In this document: positions 25,312 through 33,620 of the stretch, one piece after another
Layout of the letters: each line of letters opens with the position of its first letter
Numbering within the stretch: the stretch's first letter is position 1
NCBI GenBank assembly: GCA_965243625.1
Contig: CBDEVI010000002.1
Location: 2,339,475-2,403,474 of the forward strand
Length of the DNA: 64,000 nt
Origin: Chloroflexota bacterium
GTDB lineage: Bacteria; Chloroflexota; UBA11872
Direction: 5' to 3'
Translations under genes and position numbers: made by a program
Notes under the pieces: generated by a model
What the model was told of the DNA's origin: nothing
What the model saw: only the letters and a program-made list of their open reading frames with translations
Databases searched by the model: none

Positions 25312-26472
25312 ATGGATCTCTCGCTAACCGCGGATGTCGGCGATATCGACACCGATTCGCTATTCCGGCGCCTCTATGAGGTCCGCACGCTGATTCCCGG
25401 CGGCTATGAGCCCTATTTTCGCGAGCGCGCGCGCTATCTGAACACGCTCACCTCGGCGAAGGTGGAGGGCAACCCCCTCGGCTACGGCGAGGCCCGGGTC
25501 GTGCTGTCGGGCGAGGCCGAACCGGTCCGACCCGAGGAGCGCGAGTTGACGAACCTGTGGGGCTCGCATGAGCTGATGGCGCAGCTGGCGGCGGACCCGA
25601 CGGTGGGAATCGACCAGGGGCTGCTGCGCGCCATGAACTCGCTGATCCTGGAGGGCTTGCCGGAGGAGATGTCAGGGCGCCGCGGGCAGTACCGCACGGG
25701 ACCCAGTCTGATCGAGGATCCGGAGTCGCGCGAGATCCGCTACCGGCCGCCGCCGCCGGCTTGGGTCCCGGACCTGATGGGCCGGCTGGTCGCCCACATC
25801 CAGCGCTGGACGGCCGAGGAAAGCTATCCGGCGCCGATCATCGCGGCGCTGGCGCACGCCGGCCTGGTATCAATCCATCCGTTCGAGGAGGGCAACGGCC
25901 GCACGGCCCGTCTCCTGGCCGACATGATCCTGCACCAGGCGGGGTGGTCGGCCGAGGGCACACTGGCGCTCAATGTGGTGATCTGGCGCGAACGCGATCG
26001 CTACCACCAGGCACTCCGCGACACGCACGGTCTGGACTTCCAGTCGGAGGTCGACGGGACGCCGTTCGCCGCATTCCACACCGACGCTCTGAGCACGGCC
26101 GCGACGATGCTTGAACACTTCATCGAGGTTTTCAACGGGCGTCAGGACGCTTGGCGGGACGAGTTCGGCGCGCGTCTGAACGAACGGCAGACGCTGGGCC
26201 TGACGTACATCATCGACACGGGCTCCGTGTCCAGTTCCATGTACGCGCGCCTGATCGGTGCGTCCGCCTCCACCGCCTACGCCGACCTGACGCACCTGGT
26301 GTCCTGTGGCGCCGCCGTGCGATCGGGCAAGGGACGGAATACGCGCTACGCGGTGCATCCGGACCTCTGGGCCCAGCTGATCGCCGCCGCCGAGCGGTCG
26401 GGTTGGGCGGAGGCTCAGAGGAGCAGAGGCCGCCGACGCGACTCAGGCGGAAGCGACGGCTCGGACCGGTAG
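25312..26472 (+). CDS. Fic family protein (AMPylase-type) with C-terminal winged-helix
   Basis: ORF 25312..26472(+). Canonical HPFEEGNGRTARLL Fic motif. Confidence 0.9.
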   Translation: MDLSLTADVGDIDTDSLFRRLYEVRTLIPGGYEPYFRERARYLNTLTSAKVEGNPLGYGEARVVLSGEAEPVRPEERELTNLWGSHELMAQLAADPTVGIDQGLLRAMNSLILEGLPEEMSGRRGQYRTGPSLIEDPESREIRYRPPPPAWVPDLMGRLVAHIQRWTAEESYPAPIIAALAHAGLVSIHPFEEGNGRTARLLADMILHQAGWSAEGTLALNVVIWRERDRYHQALRDTHGLDFQSEVDGTPFAAFHTDALSTAATMLEHFIEVFNGRQDAWRDEFGARLNERQTLGLTYIIDTGSVSSSMYARLIGASASTAYADLTHLVSCGAAVRSGKGRNTRYAVHPDLWAQLIAAAERSGWAEAQRSRGRRRDSGGSDGSDR

Positions 26473-26483
26473 CCCGACGGCCC

Positions 26484-26840
26484 TCACTCGGTAGCGTCGG
26501 CGTCGGCCTGGCGCCGGGCCTGGGTCTCCTGATAGTTGCGATAGTTCGTCTGCAGTGCTCGGATCAGCTCGAGCACGCGCTCCGGGGTCAGGGCCAGGCG
26601 GGCCACCGGATGCACCGGAATCGTGCCGCGTTCCCGCAGCTTGGCGGCTGCGGCCATGACATCCGCGTCGGACCCAATGAGCAGCGGCGGCGACACCGCG
26701 CCGACGTTGAGATAGAACTCGTTGGACTGCGCGTCGTGCTGCACGGCAAACCGGTTCACGAAGTGGACCGACAGATCCTCGAAGCCCGACCAGTCGAGCT
26801 TGAGCGAGAGCTCGTTCGTCTCACGTGGGTTATTCGCCAT
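26484..26840 (-). CDS. small hypothetical protein, possibly DUF3467-like
   Basis: ORF 26484..26897(-). Start set at MANNPRETNEL (GAGGGG RBS). VHFVNRFAVQHDAQSNEFYLNVGAVSPP resembles DUF3467 from memory only. It is the last gene of the packaging block. Confidence 0.5.
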   Translation of the reverse strand: MANNPRETNELSLKLDWSGFEDLSVHFVNRFAVQHDAQSNEFYLNVGAVSPPLLIGSDADVMAAAAKLRERGTIPVHPVARLALTPERVLELIRALQTNYRNYQETQARRQADADATE

Positions 26841-26923
26841 CCCAACCCCTCGCCGCGGCGCGCGCTGGCGTCGAATGGTAGCAACGGGCAGCGGCACAAC
26901 GGTTTCCCCGAGCGCCGGCGCCG

Positions 26924-28195
26924 CTATCGCACCAGCGCGAAGGGCCGGTACGACCGCGCGGGCCGCGCGACGGGGCCGAAGCGGTCGTAGAGCCAGTAGG
27001 CCAGCGCCTTGATGGCGTGGTTGTCGCGGTCGATCGGCAGCTCCGAAATCGGGCGGTCGTCCCGCGCTTCGTGGTAGCGGTAGCTGCCGAACTCCTGCAT
27101 CAGCGCGCGGCAGGCCGGCGCCAGGGTGAGCCGCGGCTCGCCGCCGGCCGGGTCACGCAGAAACGTGTGGAGCCGGTCGATGCCGTCCTGGATCCGCACC
27201 GGGCGGGACCGCAGGCGCAGCCCGGCCAGGGCCTGCCAGATCTCAATCTGGCTGGCGCTGGCGTGGTGCTGACGTCCGGCGACGTCGATCACCCCGCCGC
27301 TCACGCGCGGCCACCACCAGCGCCGCCGGCACTCGGCGATGATTTCGGCGGCCACCATGCGGCGGTGGTAGACCTCGTCGATCACCCGCGCCACGCCGGC
27401 GGCCTCGGTGACGGCGAGCACGGCATACGCGCCCGCGTAGCCCGGGTCGATGGCCAGCTCAACGGTTTCGACGGCGGCCGGGTCGACCGCGGCCACGTGC
27501 CGCGCCGGCTCGAACTCGGGGAATACGAGGGTCGCGGGCGGGCAGGGCACGCCGCCGAACCGCTCCCGAAACACCGCCGCCGGATAGGTGGCTTCGAGCG
27601 CCTCGATCTCGGCGTCGGCGCGCCCGCCCGGAAACAGCGCCCGGTTGGACCAGGTGGGGATGGAGAACGACGCCGCGCCGTCGGCGTTCACCACCTGCCA
27701 GGCGCTGAAGTGATCGGCGTACCAACCGCGCGAGCCCTCGAAGGTGCCGCTCAGCCAGAGCCATCCCCGGCGCTCCGCCACGCGGCCCCGCAGCCGCAAA
27801 TAGACCTCATAGGGCAGCTGGGCCGCCTCGCAGCCAAGGATTCCGTCGGGCGCCTCGCCGGCCAGCCGCGCCGGATCGCGCGCCGACTTGGTCACGATCC
27901 GCGCCCCGGTGCGCAGCGTCAGCCGGCACTGCTCCGAGTTGGGAAAGCTCAGGCTGTCAACGGCGCCGATGGCCCCGAACGCCTCCGCCAGGTAGCGGAA
28001 CTCGGGCCGACAGAGCTCGTAGTCCGGGCCCACCAGCCAGTAGAGCCGGCCTTCCAGGCAGCGGCCGAACAGCTCCATGGCGGCGCTGCGGCTCTTGCCG
28101 GCGCGCTCGCCGCCGGCGATCAGGCGAATGCGCGCGGGCGAGTCGTGCGCCTGCCGCTGCTCGGGACTCGGCGCGTACCCGACCCGCCGCCACAG
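26924..28195 (-). CDS. phage terminase large subunit (TerL); N-terminal Walker A segment lacks a canonical start codon
   Basis: ORF 26924..28078(-) begins at the first ATG. The same frame stays open upstream to a TGA and encodes ...EALWRRVGYAPSPEQRQAHDSPARIRLIAGGERAGKSRSAA-MELF, with Walker A at about 28091-28120. Nuclease motifs AIDPGYAGAY and DRDNHAIKALAYW. The only candidate starts are CTG (28195), ATT and ATC. Confidence 0.75.
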   Translation of the reverse strand: MWRRVGYAPSPEQRQAHDSPARIRLIAGGERAGKSRSAAMELFGRCLEGRLYWLVGPDYELCRPEFRYLAEAFGAIGAVDSLSFPNSEQCRLTLRTGARIVTKSARDPARLAGEAPDGILGCEAAQLPYEVYLRLRGRVAERRGWLWLSGTFEGSRGWYADHFSAWQVVNADGAASFSIPTWSNRALFPGGRADAEIEALEATYPAAVFRERFGGVPCPPATLVFPEFEPARHVAAVDPAAVETVELAIDPGYAGAYAVLAVTEAAGVARVIDEVYHRRMVAAEIIAECRRRWWWPRVSGGVIDVAGRQHHASASQIEIWQALAGLRLRSRPVRIQDGIDRLHTFLRDPAGGEPRLTLAPACRALMQEFGSYRYHEARDDRPISELPIDRDNHAIKALAYWLYDRFGPVARPARSYRPFALVR

Positions 28196-28199
28196 CGCC

Positions 28200-28436
28200 T
28201 CACGCGCTGTGCGCGAGGCGGGCGCGAATCTCCTCCAGCAGGTTCACCAGCGCATCCTCGGACGCCTCGGCGGAGCGGTCGAACGCGTACTGCATCACCA
28301 ATTCGGTGGCCCAGCGCTCGCCCTTGCGCGCCTTCGCGATGACGGCGTCACAGATCTCGTCCGTGTGCTCCTCGGCCAGCGTGCGGAATCGAGCCGGAAA
28401 GTCGTGCGGCGACGGCCGCCGTCTCGCCGGCGTCAC
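28200..28436 (-). CDS. small terminase-like / DNA-binding protein candidate (about 78 aa)
   Basis: Part of ORF 28200..28499(-). The GTG at 28436 overlaps the portal stop (GTGA). FPARFRTLAEEHTDEICDAVIAKARKGERWATELVMQYAFDRS is helical. Position between portal and TerL. Confidence 0.5.
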   Translation of the reverse strand: MTPARRRPSPHDFPARFRTLAEEHTDEICDAVIAKARKGERWATELVMQYAFDRSAEASEDALVNLLEEIRARLAHSA

Positions 28437-30118
28437 GATGCAGCCGCCGGAGCCACTCGCTCCACGTTCGCCGTTTCCGCGCCGCCATCGCGACGCCACA
28501 GCTCGCGCCTGACCTCCGGATCGTCGAGCATCTCCTCGCGCAGGATCTCCGCCTGCATCTCCGCCGCGTTGGCGATGCCCAGCTTCTCCTGCATGGCCCA
28601 GCGCCGCGACGCCAGCTTGGCCGCCACCAGGTTGGCGGCGTAGGTGCCCTGGGCAATCTCATCCGCCGGGGCCAAGGCCTCCAGCTTGGCGCGCACCGCG
28701 TAGTAGCCGTTGATGTCGCGGGGCGACAGGCCCAGCCACGCGGCGTCCTCGTCGCCATAGACGTAGACCGTCTCCCGCACCCGGTGCTCGACCAGCCGCC
28801 AGGCCAGCTGCACGATGCGCTCGAGCGCCTGCTCGGCGTGTCGCGTGATCTGGTTGAACGACAGCCGCGCCGCGTTGATCAGCTGGTTCAGGTAGTAGCC
28901 GCTGGTGTTGCCGTCGGGCGCGATGCCGAAGAGCACCGTGGGCACGCCCGCCTGGTCGATCATCGAGCGCGTGAGGGCGATCAGCTCGTCCAGATCGGGC
29001 GGCGTGCCCGACCACTGCAGCAGGCTCAGGTCCTCGCCGGGAAACAGCGGCAGAATCTCGCCCGGCCGAAACTCGATCGGCGGCGGACGGCCGTCATCGC
29101 CCAACGCGCCGTCGCCGCCGGCGAAGCCGGTGAGCTTGGGCGTCGGATAGGCGTAGAGGTGCACCGCGTTCTGCTTCATGGTGAGCAGCCGGTCGAGCAG
29201 CGGCACCAGGTACTCCACCGACGCCAGCATCGACTCGCCGGCCTTGGCCGGGTCGCGGCTGGGCGATTGGTTGCCATGCGCCATCACGTAGGGCACCGCG
29301 CCGTAGGCGTGGCGGCCGCGCCGCACCAGGTGGCCGTCCACCAGGTAGGCGAAGTGCTCGCGGTCCCAATACTCGACCACGCGCACGCTGCCGGCGGCGG
29401 CCGCGGGACCCTCGCTCGACGCCGCGCTCCCCGCCGGCGCCAGGCGGCCCGAGCGGCGGTCTTCGACCAGGCCGTAGCGCCGCATCATGAGCCACTTCGG
29501 GCGCTCGGCGATCTCCAGGCAGGCCTCGATCCCATCGTCGCCAATGAGCGGATAGAAGGTGAGCACGTCCACGTCGCGCCAGGCCAGCGGGAACGGCGCG
29601 GATCGTTTGAAGCGGGTCGAGCGCTCGTTGAAGTCGGCGTCGGTTTCGGGTCCGCCGTCGCCGCGGCGCGGATAGCCCGTCCACCGCTCGGGCATATAGA
29701 CCAGCTTCATCACGCCGGTGCCGTCCGCCACCAGCGCGTCCACGAACATCCCGAAGATGTCGCGCCCGGCGTCGTTCTTCATGCGCCGCAGGGCGGCGGC
29801 CGTCCAACGCTCGCGGCGCGAGGCGTTCGCCCGGCTCTCCGGCGTCTGGTCCGCCGGCGGCACGCTGATTGTCGGGTGGTTGGCGGTCAGGCTGCCCACG
29901 ACGCGCTTGAGCTGCTCCCGCGCCAGCGGCGTCCGCACCTCGCGCGTGGTGGCCCGGTAGGCCGCCGGAATGTCCACCGGCTCTTCCATGAACCGCAACC
30001 GCCGCAGCCGCTCGATGCGGGCGTTGCGCCCGCCGAACTCCGTCAGCAGGTGCTGCTCCAGCTCTTGAACATAGGACTCGGACGGTGGGGGCAACGCGTC
30101 GGGGCGAAGCTCGGACAA
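28433..30118 (-). CDS. phage portal protein candidate (561 aa)
   Basis: ORF 28433..30118(-). TTG start with a GGGAGG RBS. Size, acidic C-terminus and direct coupling to the terminase genes support the call; I cannot quote a family-specific motif. Confidence 0.6.
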   Translation of the reverse strand: MSELRPDALPPPSESYVQELEQHLLTEFGGRNARIERLRRLRFMEEPVDIPAAYRATTREVRTPLAREQLKRVVGSLTANHPTISVPPADQTPESRANASRRERWTAAALRRMKNDAGRDIFGMFVDALVADGTGVMKLVYMPERWTGYPRRGDGGPETDADFNERSTRFKRSAPFPLAWRDVDVLTFYPLIGDDGIEACLEIAERPKWLMMRRYGLVEDRRSGRLAPAGSAASSEGPAAAAGSVRVVEYWDREHFAYLVDGHLVRRGRHAYGAVPYVMAHGNQSPSRDPAKAGESMLASVEYLVPLLDRLLTMKQNAVHLYAYPTPKLTGFAGGDGALGDDGRPPPIEFRPGEILPLFPGEDLSLLQWSGTPPDLDELIALTRSMIDQAGVPTVLFGIAPDGNTSGYYLNQLINAARLSFNQITRHAEQALERIVQLAWRLVEHRVRETVYVYGDEDAAWLGLSPRDINGYYAVRAKLEALAPADEIAQGTYAANLVAAKLASRRWAMQEKLGIANAAEMQAEILREEMLDDPEVRRELWRRDGGAETANVERVAPAAAS

Positions 30119-30179
30119 AGGGGCCTCCCGGTGTCATTGGCGCCGTGCGCGTAGCGCGGGCCGTCGTGCTACAGCCCTA

Positions 30180-30209
30180 ATCCTAGAGCGTTACAATAGT
30201 AACTTCCAA
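30180..30209 (-). promoter_or_regulatory. promoter-like site with palindrome in the spacer (portal/terminase block)
   Basis: Minus strand reads TTGGAA-GTTACTATTGTAACGCTC-TAGGAT, about 60 nt upstream of the portal start. The core CGTTACAATAGTAAC (30189-30203) matches 19397-19411 at 14/15 positions. Confidence 0.45.
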
Positions 30210-30283
30210 GGCCATTTGGTAATCCCGCAGCGTTTCGGCAATGACCGGTCGTGGCTGGGGGTGCTAGCTGCCGAGCGCGTCGC

Positions 30284-31048
30284 TCACGCCCGTCGCGGGC
30301 TGACGAGGTCGGCGAGCCGCAGCCGCCAGATGACGAGCAGGTATTCCGCGATGTCCCGCAGGCCGAGCTTGGTCCGTCCGTGGTCGCGCTCGCGGAAGAA
30401 GACCGGCTCCTCGACGACGCATGCGCCGCCGCGGCTCAGCCGGTGCAGCAGCACGACATTGAAGGCGTAGCCGCGCGCGCTGACGCCGCCGACATCCGCC
30501 GCCCGCAGCGCCGCCGCGCGGATGGCCCGATAGCCCGCCGTGCAGTCGTGCACGTGCCGCAGGCCGGCCACCCAGCGCGTCAGCTGGTTGCCCCATGCCG
30601 ATAGCAGCCGGCGGCGCAGGCTCCAGCGATCGTCAATGCCTCCGCCGGCCACGTAGCGGCTCCCAATCACCACGTCGGCGCCGGCGGATAGACGGTCCAG
30701 CAGGCGCTGCGCATCGGCGGGATCGTGCGAAGCGTCGGCATCCAGTTGCACCACCACCTCGGCGTCAAGCGCGTCCAGCGCGTGGCGCATGCCCCGCACG
30801 TAGGCGTGGCCCAATCCGCGCCGCGCGCCTTCCAGGAGATGGACGCGGGGATCGCTCGCAGCGAACGCCCGCACCAATTGGCCGGTGCCGTCCGGGCTGC
30901 GGTCGTCCACGATCAGCACCGCAGTGTCCTCGCCGGGGTACAACGCGGTCAGCCGCTCGAGCAGCGGCGTGATGTTGGCTGCCTCGTTGTAGGTGGGGAT
31001 GACGAAGCAGACGCGCGAATCGGTTGACGGCGGCATCCGCCGCAGCAT
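30284..31048 (-). CDS. GT2 family glycosyltransferase, polyprenol-phosphate mannose/glucose synthase-like
   Basis: ORF 30284..31048(-). CFVIPTYNEAANI and LIVDDRSPDGT motifs, and a DAD motif (QLDADASH). Confidence 0.9.
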   Translation of the reverse strand: MLRRMPPSTDSRVCFVIPTYNEAANITPLLERLTALYPGEDTAVLIVDDRSPDGTGQLVRAFAASDPRVHLLEGARRGLGHAYVRGMRHALDALDAEVVVQLDADASHDPADAQRLLDRLSAGADVVIGSRYVAGGGIDDRWSLRRRLLSAWGNQLTRWVAGLRHVHDCTAGYRAIRAAALRAADVGGVSARGYAFNVVLLHRLSRGGACVVEEPVFFRERDHGRTKLGLRDIAEYLLVIWRLRLADLVSPRRA

Positions 31049-31135
31049 GCCACCGGACGCCGCTGGCTGTCATGACCCCTCACGTCTCTCCCGGCTCGAG
31101 GTCCCGCCTCGACCATTGGGCACGCGGGCCAATCC

Positions 31136-33103
31136 CTAGCCCGGATCGGCCTCCCTCCGGCGCAGCCACACGTCCATGGTGCTCGGCCCCCGATTGGCCC
31201 AGGCGAAGTAGGGAATCGCGCGGATGGCCACCCGATTCGTGCGCGCGCCGTCCGCCTGGCCATCGCCCGATACCGACTGATAGAGCGCACCGCGCGCGGG
31301 CGTCCCCGGCAGCGGGGCGGCCGTCGTGTGCAGCAACGTCATCCCCGGCAGTCGCTCGTCGACGGGCCCGGTGGTGACCGCCGCGTCGTCGGGCAGCGCG
31401 AAGGCGTCCTGCTCCAGTCCCGGGCGGTCGTGGGATTCGACGCAATAGACCAGGGGGCCGCGGGCCAGGGCCACCCGGCCCACATTGGCCGTCACGCGCG
31501 GATCGCTCACGAGGCGACGCGGCGGCATGGGCAGCCGCAGCGTGACCCGGTCGCCCGACGACCAGACGCGGCGCAGCGCGGCGTAGTCCCCGGCGGGGCT
31601 GTCGGGGACCTGGCGGGGATCCCCTTCACCCCAACCCTCTCCCTCGAGGGGAGAGGGAGCCGGACCCGAATCGGTAGGGATTACCTCAACGCTGGCGGCG
31701 CCACACCACCCGGGCACGCGCAGCCGCAGCTCCACCGGATCCTCCGGCGCCTGCCGCACGGTAAGCCGAATTTCGCCCGACCATGGATAGTCCGTGTCCA
31801 CCTCCAGCGCCAGCCGGCCCGCGCCCGGCACGTCGGCGTCCACCCGGCCCGCCACGAACTGGTGCACCCACAGCGCGCGCTCGGACACGCCGTAGAGGTA
31901 GCCCGGCAAGCTGGCGAGCAGGCGCGCCAGGTTCGGCGGGCAGCAGGCGCATTCGAACCACTCCACCCGGGCATGCCCCGCCGACGCGCTGAGCGGGTTG
32001 GGATAGAAGTAATGCGCGCCGTCAAGGGACAGGCCCGCCAGCATGCCGTTGTAGAGCGTGGTTTCCATCCAGTCGGCGTAGCGCGCCTCGCCCGTGCCGG
32101 CGAGCAGACGCCTGTTCCACATCACGCCGGCCACGGCGGCGCACGACTCCGCATAGGAGTTGCGGTTGGGCAGGTCGAAGGCGTCGCCAAACGACTCGCC
32201 GGCCCAGTGCGCCCCCAGGCCGCCGGTGACGTAGACCTTCGTCTCGTAGGCGCTGCGCCAGAGCCGCTCCGCCGCCTCCCACAGCGCGGGATCCTCGAGC
32301 TCCAATCCGGCGTCGGCCAACCCGCACGCCAGGTAGACCGCCCGCACGGCGTGTCCCGCGATCTCCTGCTGCTCGGCCGCCGGCTCGTGATCTTGGAGAT
32401 AGCGATATCCGCCCAACCGCGGCGGCTGCTGTCCACGCTGCTTCAGAAAGAATCGCGCCTGCTCGGCGTAGACGCGGCGGCCCGTCTCGCGCGCCAGCTC
32501 GACCAGCGCCAGCTCGATCTCGGGATGCCCGTCCGCCGTTTCACGGGCATCCGGACCGAACTCGGCGCAGATGTGATCGGCCAGCCGCACGGCCACGTCC
32601 AGCAGGGTCTCGACGCCGGTCGCGCGGTGGTGGGCGATGCCCGCCTGGATCAGGTGTCCGGCGCAGTAGAGCTCGTGCTTGTTGATGAGGTCGGTGTAGC
32701 GCTGGTCGGCCCGCTCCAGCGCGAAGTAGGTATGGACGTATCCGTCCGGCTGCTGAGCGGCGGCGATGTCGTCGACCAGCGCGTCCACCTGCGCCCTAAG
32801 CCGCCGATCCTCACGCCCCGCCAGCGCCCAGCCGGCGGCCTCGAGCCACTTGTAGACGTCGGACTCGTCGTAGTAGCGCCCGCGAAACGGCGCGTCCACG
32901 CGGCCCGAGACGCGCCGGATGTTGTCGAGGCGGCCGGTGGCCTCGCACTGCGCATGCTGCGTGGGCAGCGTGACGTCGTAGAGCCGGTCGAGCCAGCCGC
33001 GCCAGAATCCGGGACCAATCCGCACCGCCTCGATCGGCACCGGCTGAACCGTGACTCCGGGCGTGCGGCGGGTGTCTGTCACCAGCGCCGTCATGGATGC
33101 CAT
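31136..33103 (-). CDS. glycoside hydrolase family 127 (DUF1680, beta-L-arabinofuranosidase-like)
   Basis: ORF 31136..33103(-). YDESDVYKWLEA and the Cys-rich catalytic/zinc motif VEWFECACCPPN. Confidence 0.85.
   Translation of the reverse strand: MASMTALVTDTRRTPGVTVQPVPIEAVRIGPGFWRGWLDRLYDVTLPTQHAQCEATGRLDNIRRVSGRVDAPFRGRYYDESDVYKWLEAAGWALAGREDRRLRAQVDALVDDIAAAQQPDGYVHTYFALERADQRYTDLINKHELYCAGHLIQAGIAHHRATGVETLLDVAVRLADHICAEFGPDARETADGHPEIELALVELARETGRRVYAEQARFFLKQRGQQPPRLGGYRYLQDHEPAAEQQEIAGHAVRAVYLACGLADAGLELEDPALWEAAERLWRSAYETKVYVTGGLGAHWAGESFGDAFDLPNRNSYAESCAAVAGVMWNRRLLAGTGEARYADWMETTLYNGMLAGLSLDGAHYFYPNPLSASAGHARVEWFECACCPPNLARLLASLPGYLYGVSERALWVHQFVAGRVDADVPGAGRLALEVDTDYPWSGEIRLTVRQAPEDPVELRLRVPGWCGAASVEVIPTDSGPAPSPLEGEGWGEGDPRQVPDSPAGDYAALRRVWSSGDRVTLRLPMPPRRLVSDPRVTANVGRVALARGPLVYCVESHDRPGLEQDAFALPDDAAVTTGPVDERLPGMTLLHTTAAPLPGTPARGALYQSVSGDGQADGARTNRVAIRAIPYFAWANRGPSTMDVWLRRREADPG
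31621..31680 (-). repeat. REP family E copy embedded in frame in the GH127 coding sequence
   Basis: Gene-sense strand CCGATTCGGGTCCGGCTCCCTCTCCCCTCGAGGGAGAGGGTTGGGGTGAAGGGG translates as TDSGPAPSPLEGEGWGEG. The same element is intergenic at 54993-55042 and 55550-55628. Confidence 0.7.
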
Positions 33104-33323
33104 GCGCCCTGACTCACTCGAAGGCCCAGGAGTGTTTCGGGCAAGACGGTCCCCATGCCCCGCCTAGCTCCGTGTCGTCGCCGCAGGCTCGATTGTCGTA
33201 TCCGGCGAACAACTAGGCCACCCATGTCCATGCCGACCCCATCAACACCGCTGCCGTCGCGCAGCAGTGGTTACCATCGGATTGGCACCGCCTACGGTGC
33301 CAGTTGTTTCCGGAAGGACTCCC

Positions 33324-33620
33324 ATGCCGACGACGCTCATCCGGCCAACCAAGGTCGAAGCTCGAGGCGGGCATCGCCTCTGGCTTCGGTATGCCGACGA
33401 TACGGCTGGGGAGGTCGATCTGTCCCATCTGGTTGGACGCGGCGTATTCAAGGTTTGGGATACCCCGGGGTGCTTTGAGGCGGTTCGCATCGCTCCGTCC
33501 GGGGGGATTGCCTGGGGCGACGACGTCGAACTCTGTCCCGACGCGCTGTACATAAGGCTTACGGGCCAGGCGCTTGCCGACGTGGTTCCAGCCGCCGGTT
33601 TCTTATTCGAGCGTGCCTGA
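33324..33620 (+). CDS. DUF2442 domain protein
   Basis: ORF 33267..33620(+). Start at MPTTLIRPTKVEARGGHRLWLRYADD (GGAAGGA RBS). Typical DUF2442 beta pattern. Confidence 0.75.
   Translation: MPTTLIRPTKVEARGGHRLWLRYADDTAGEVDLSHLVGRGVFKVWDTPGCFEAVRIAPSGGIAWGDDVELCPDALYIRLTGQALADVVPAAGFLFERA

Noticed and set aside
28193-28202. Programmed ribosomal frameshift joining the TerS-like and TerL frames
   Set aside because: Joining would need a +1 shift, and I see no slippery heptamer or stimulatory structure at the junction. It is kept only as one of several explanations in the TerL finding.
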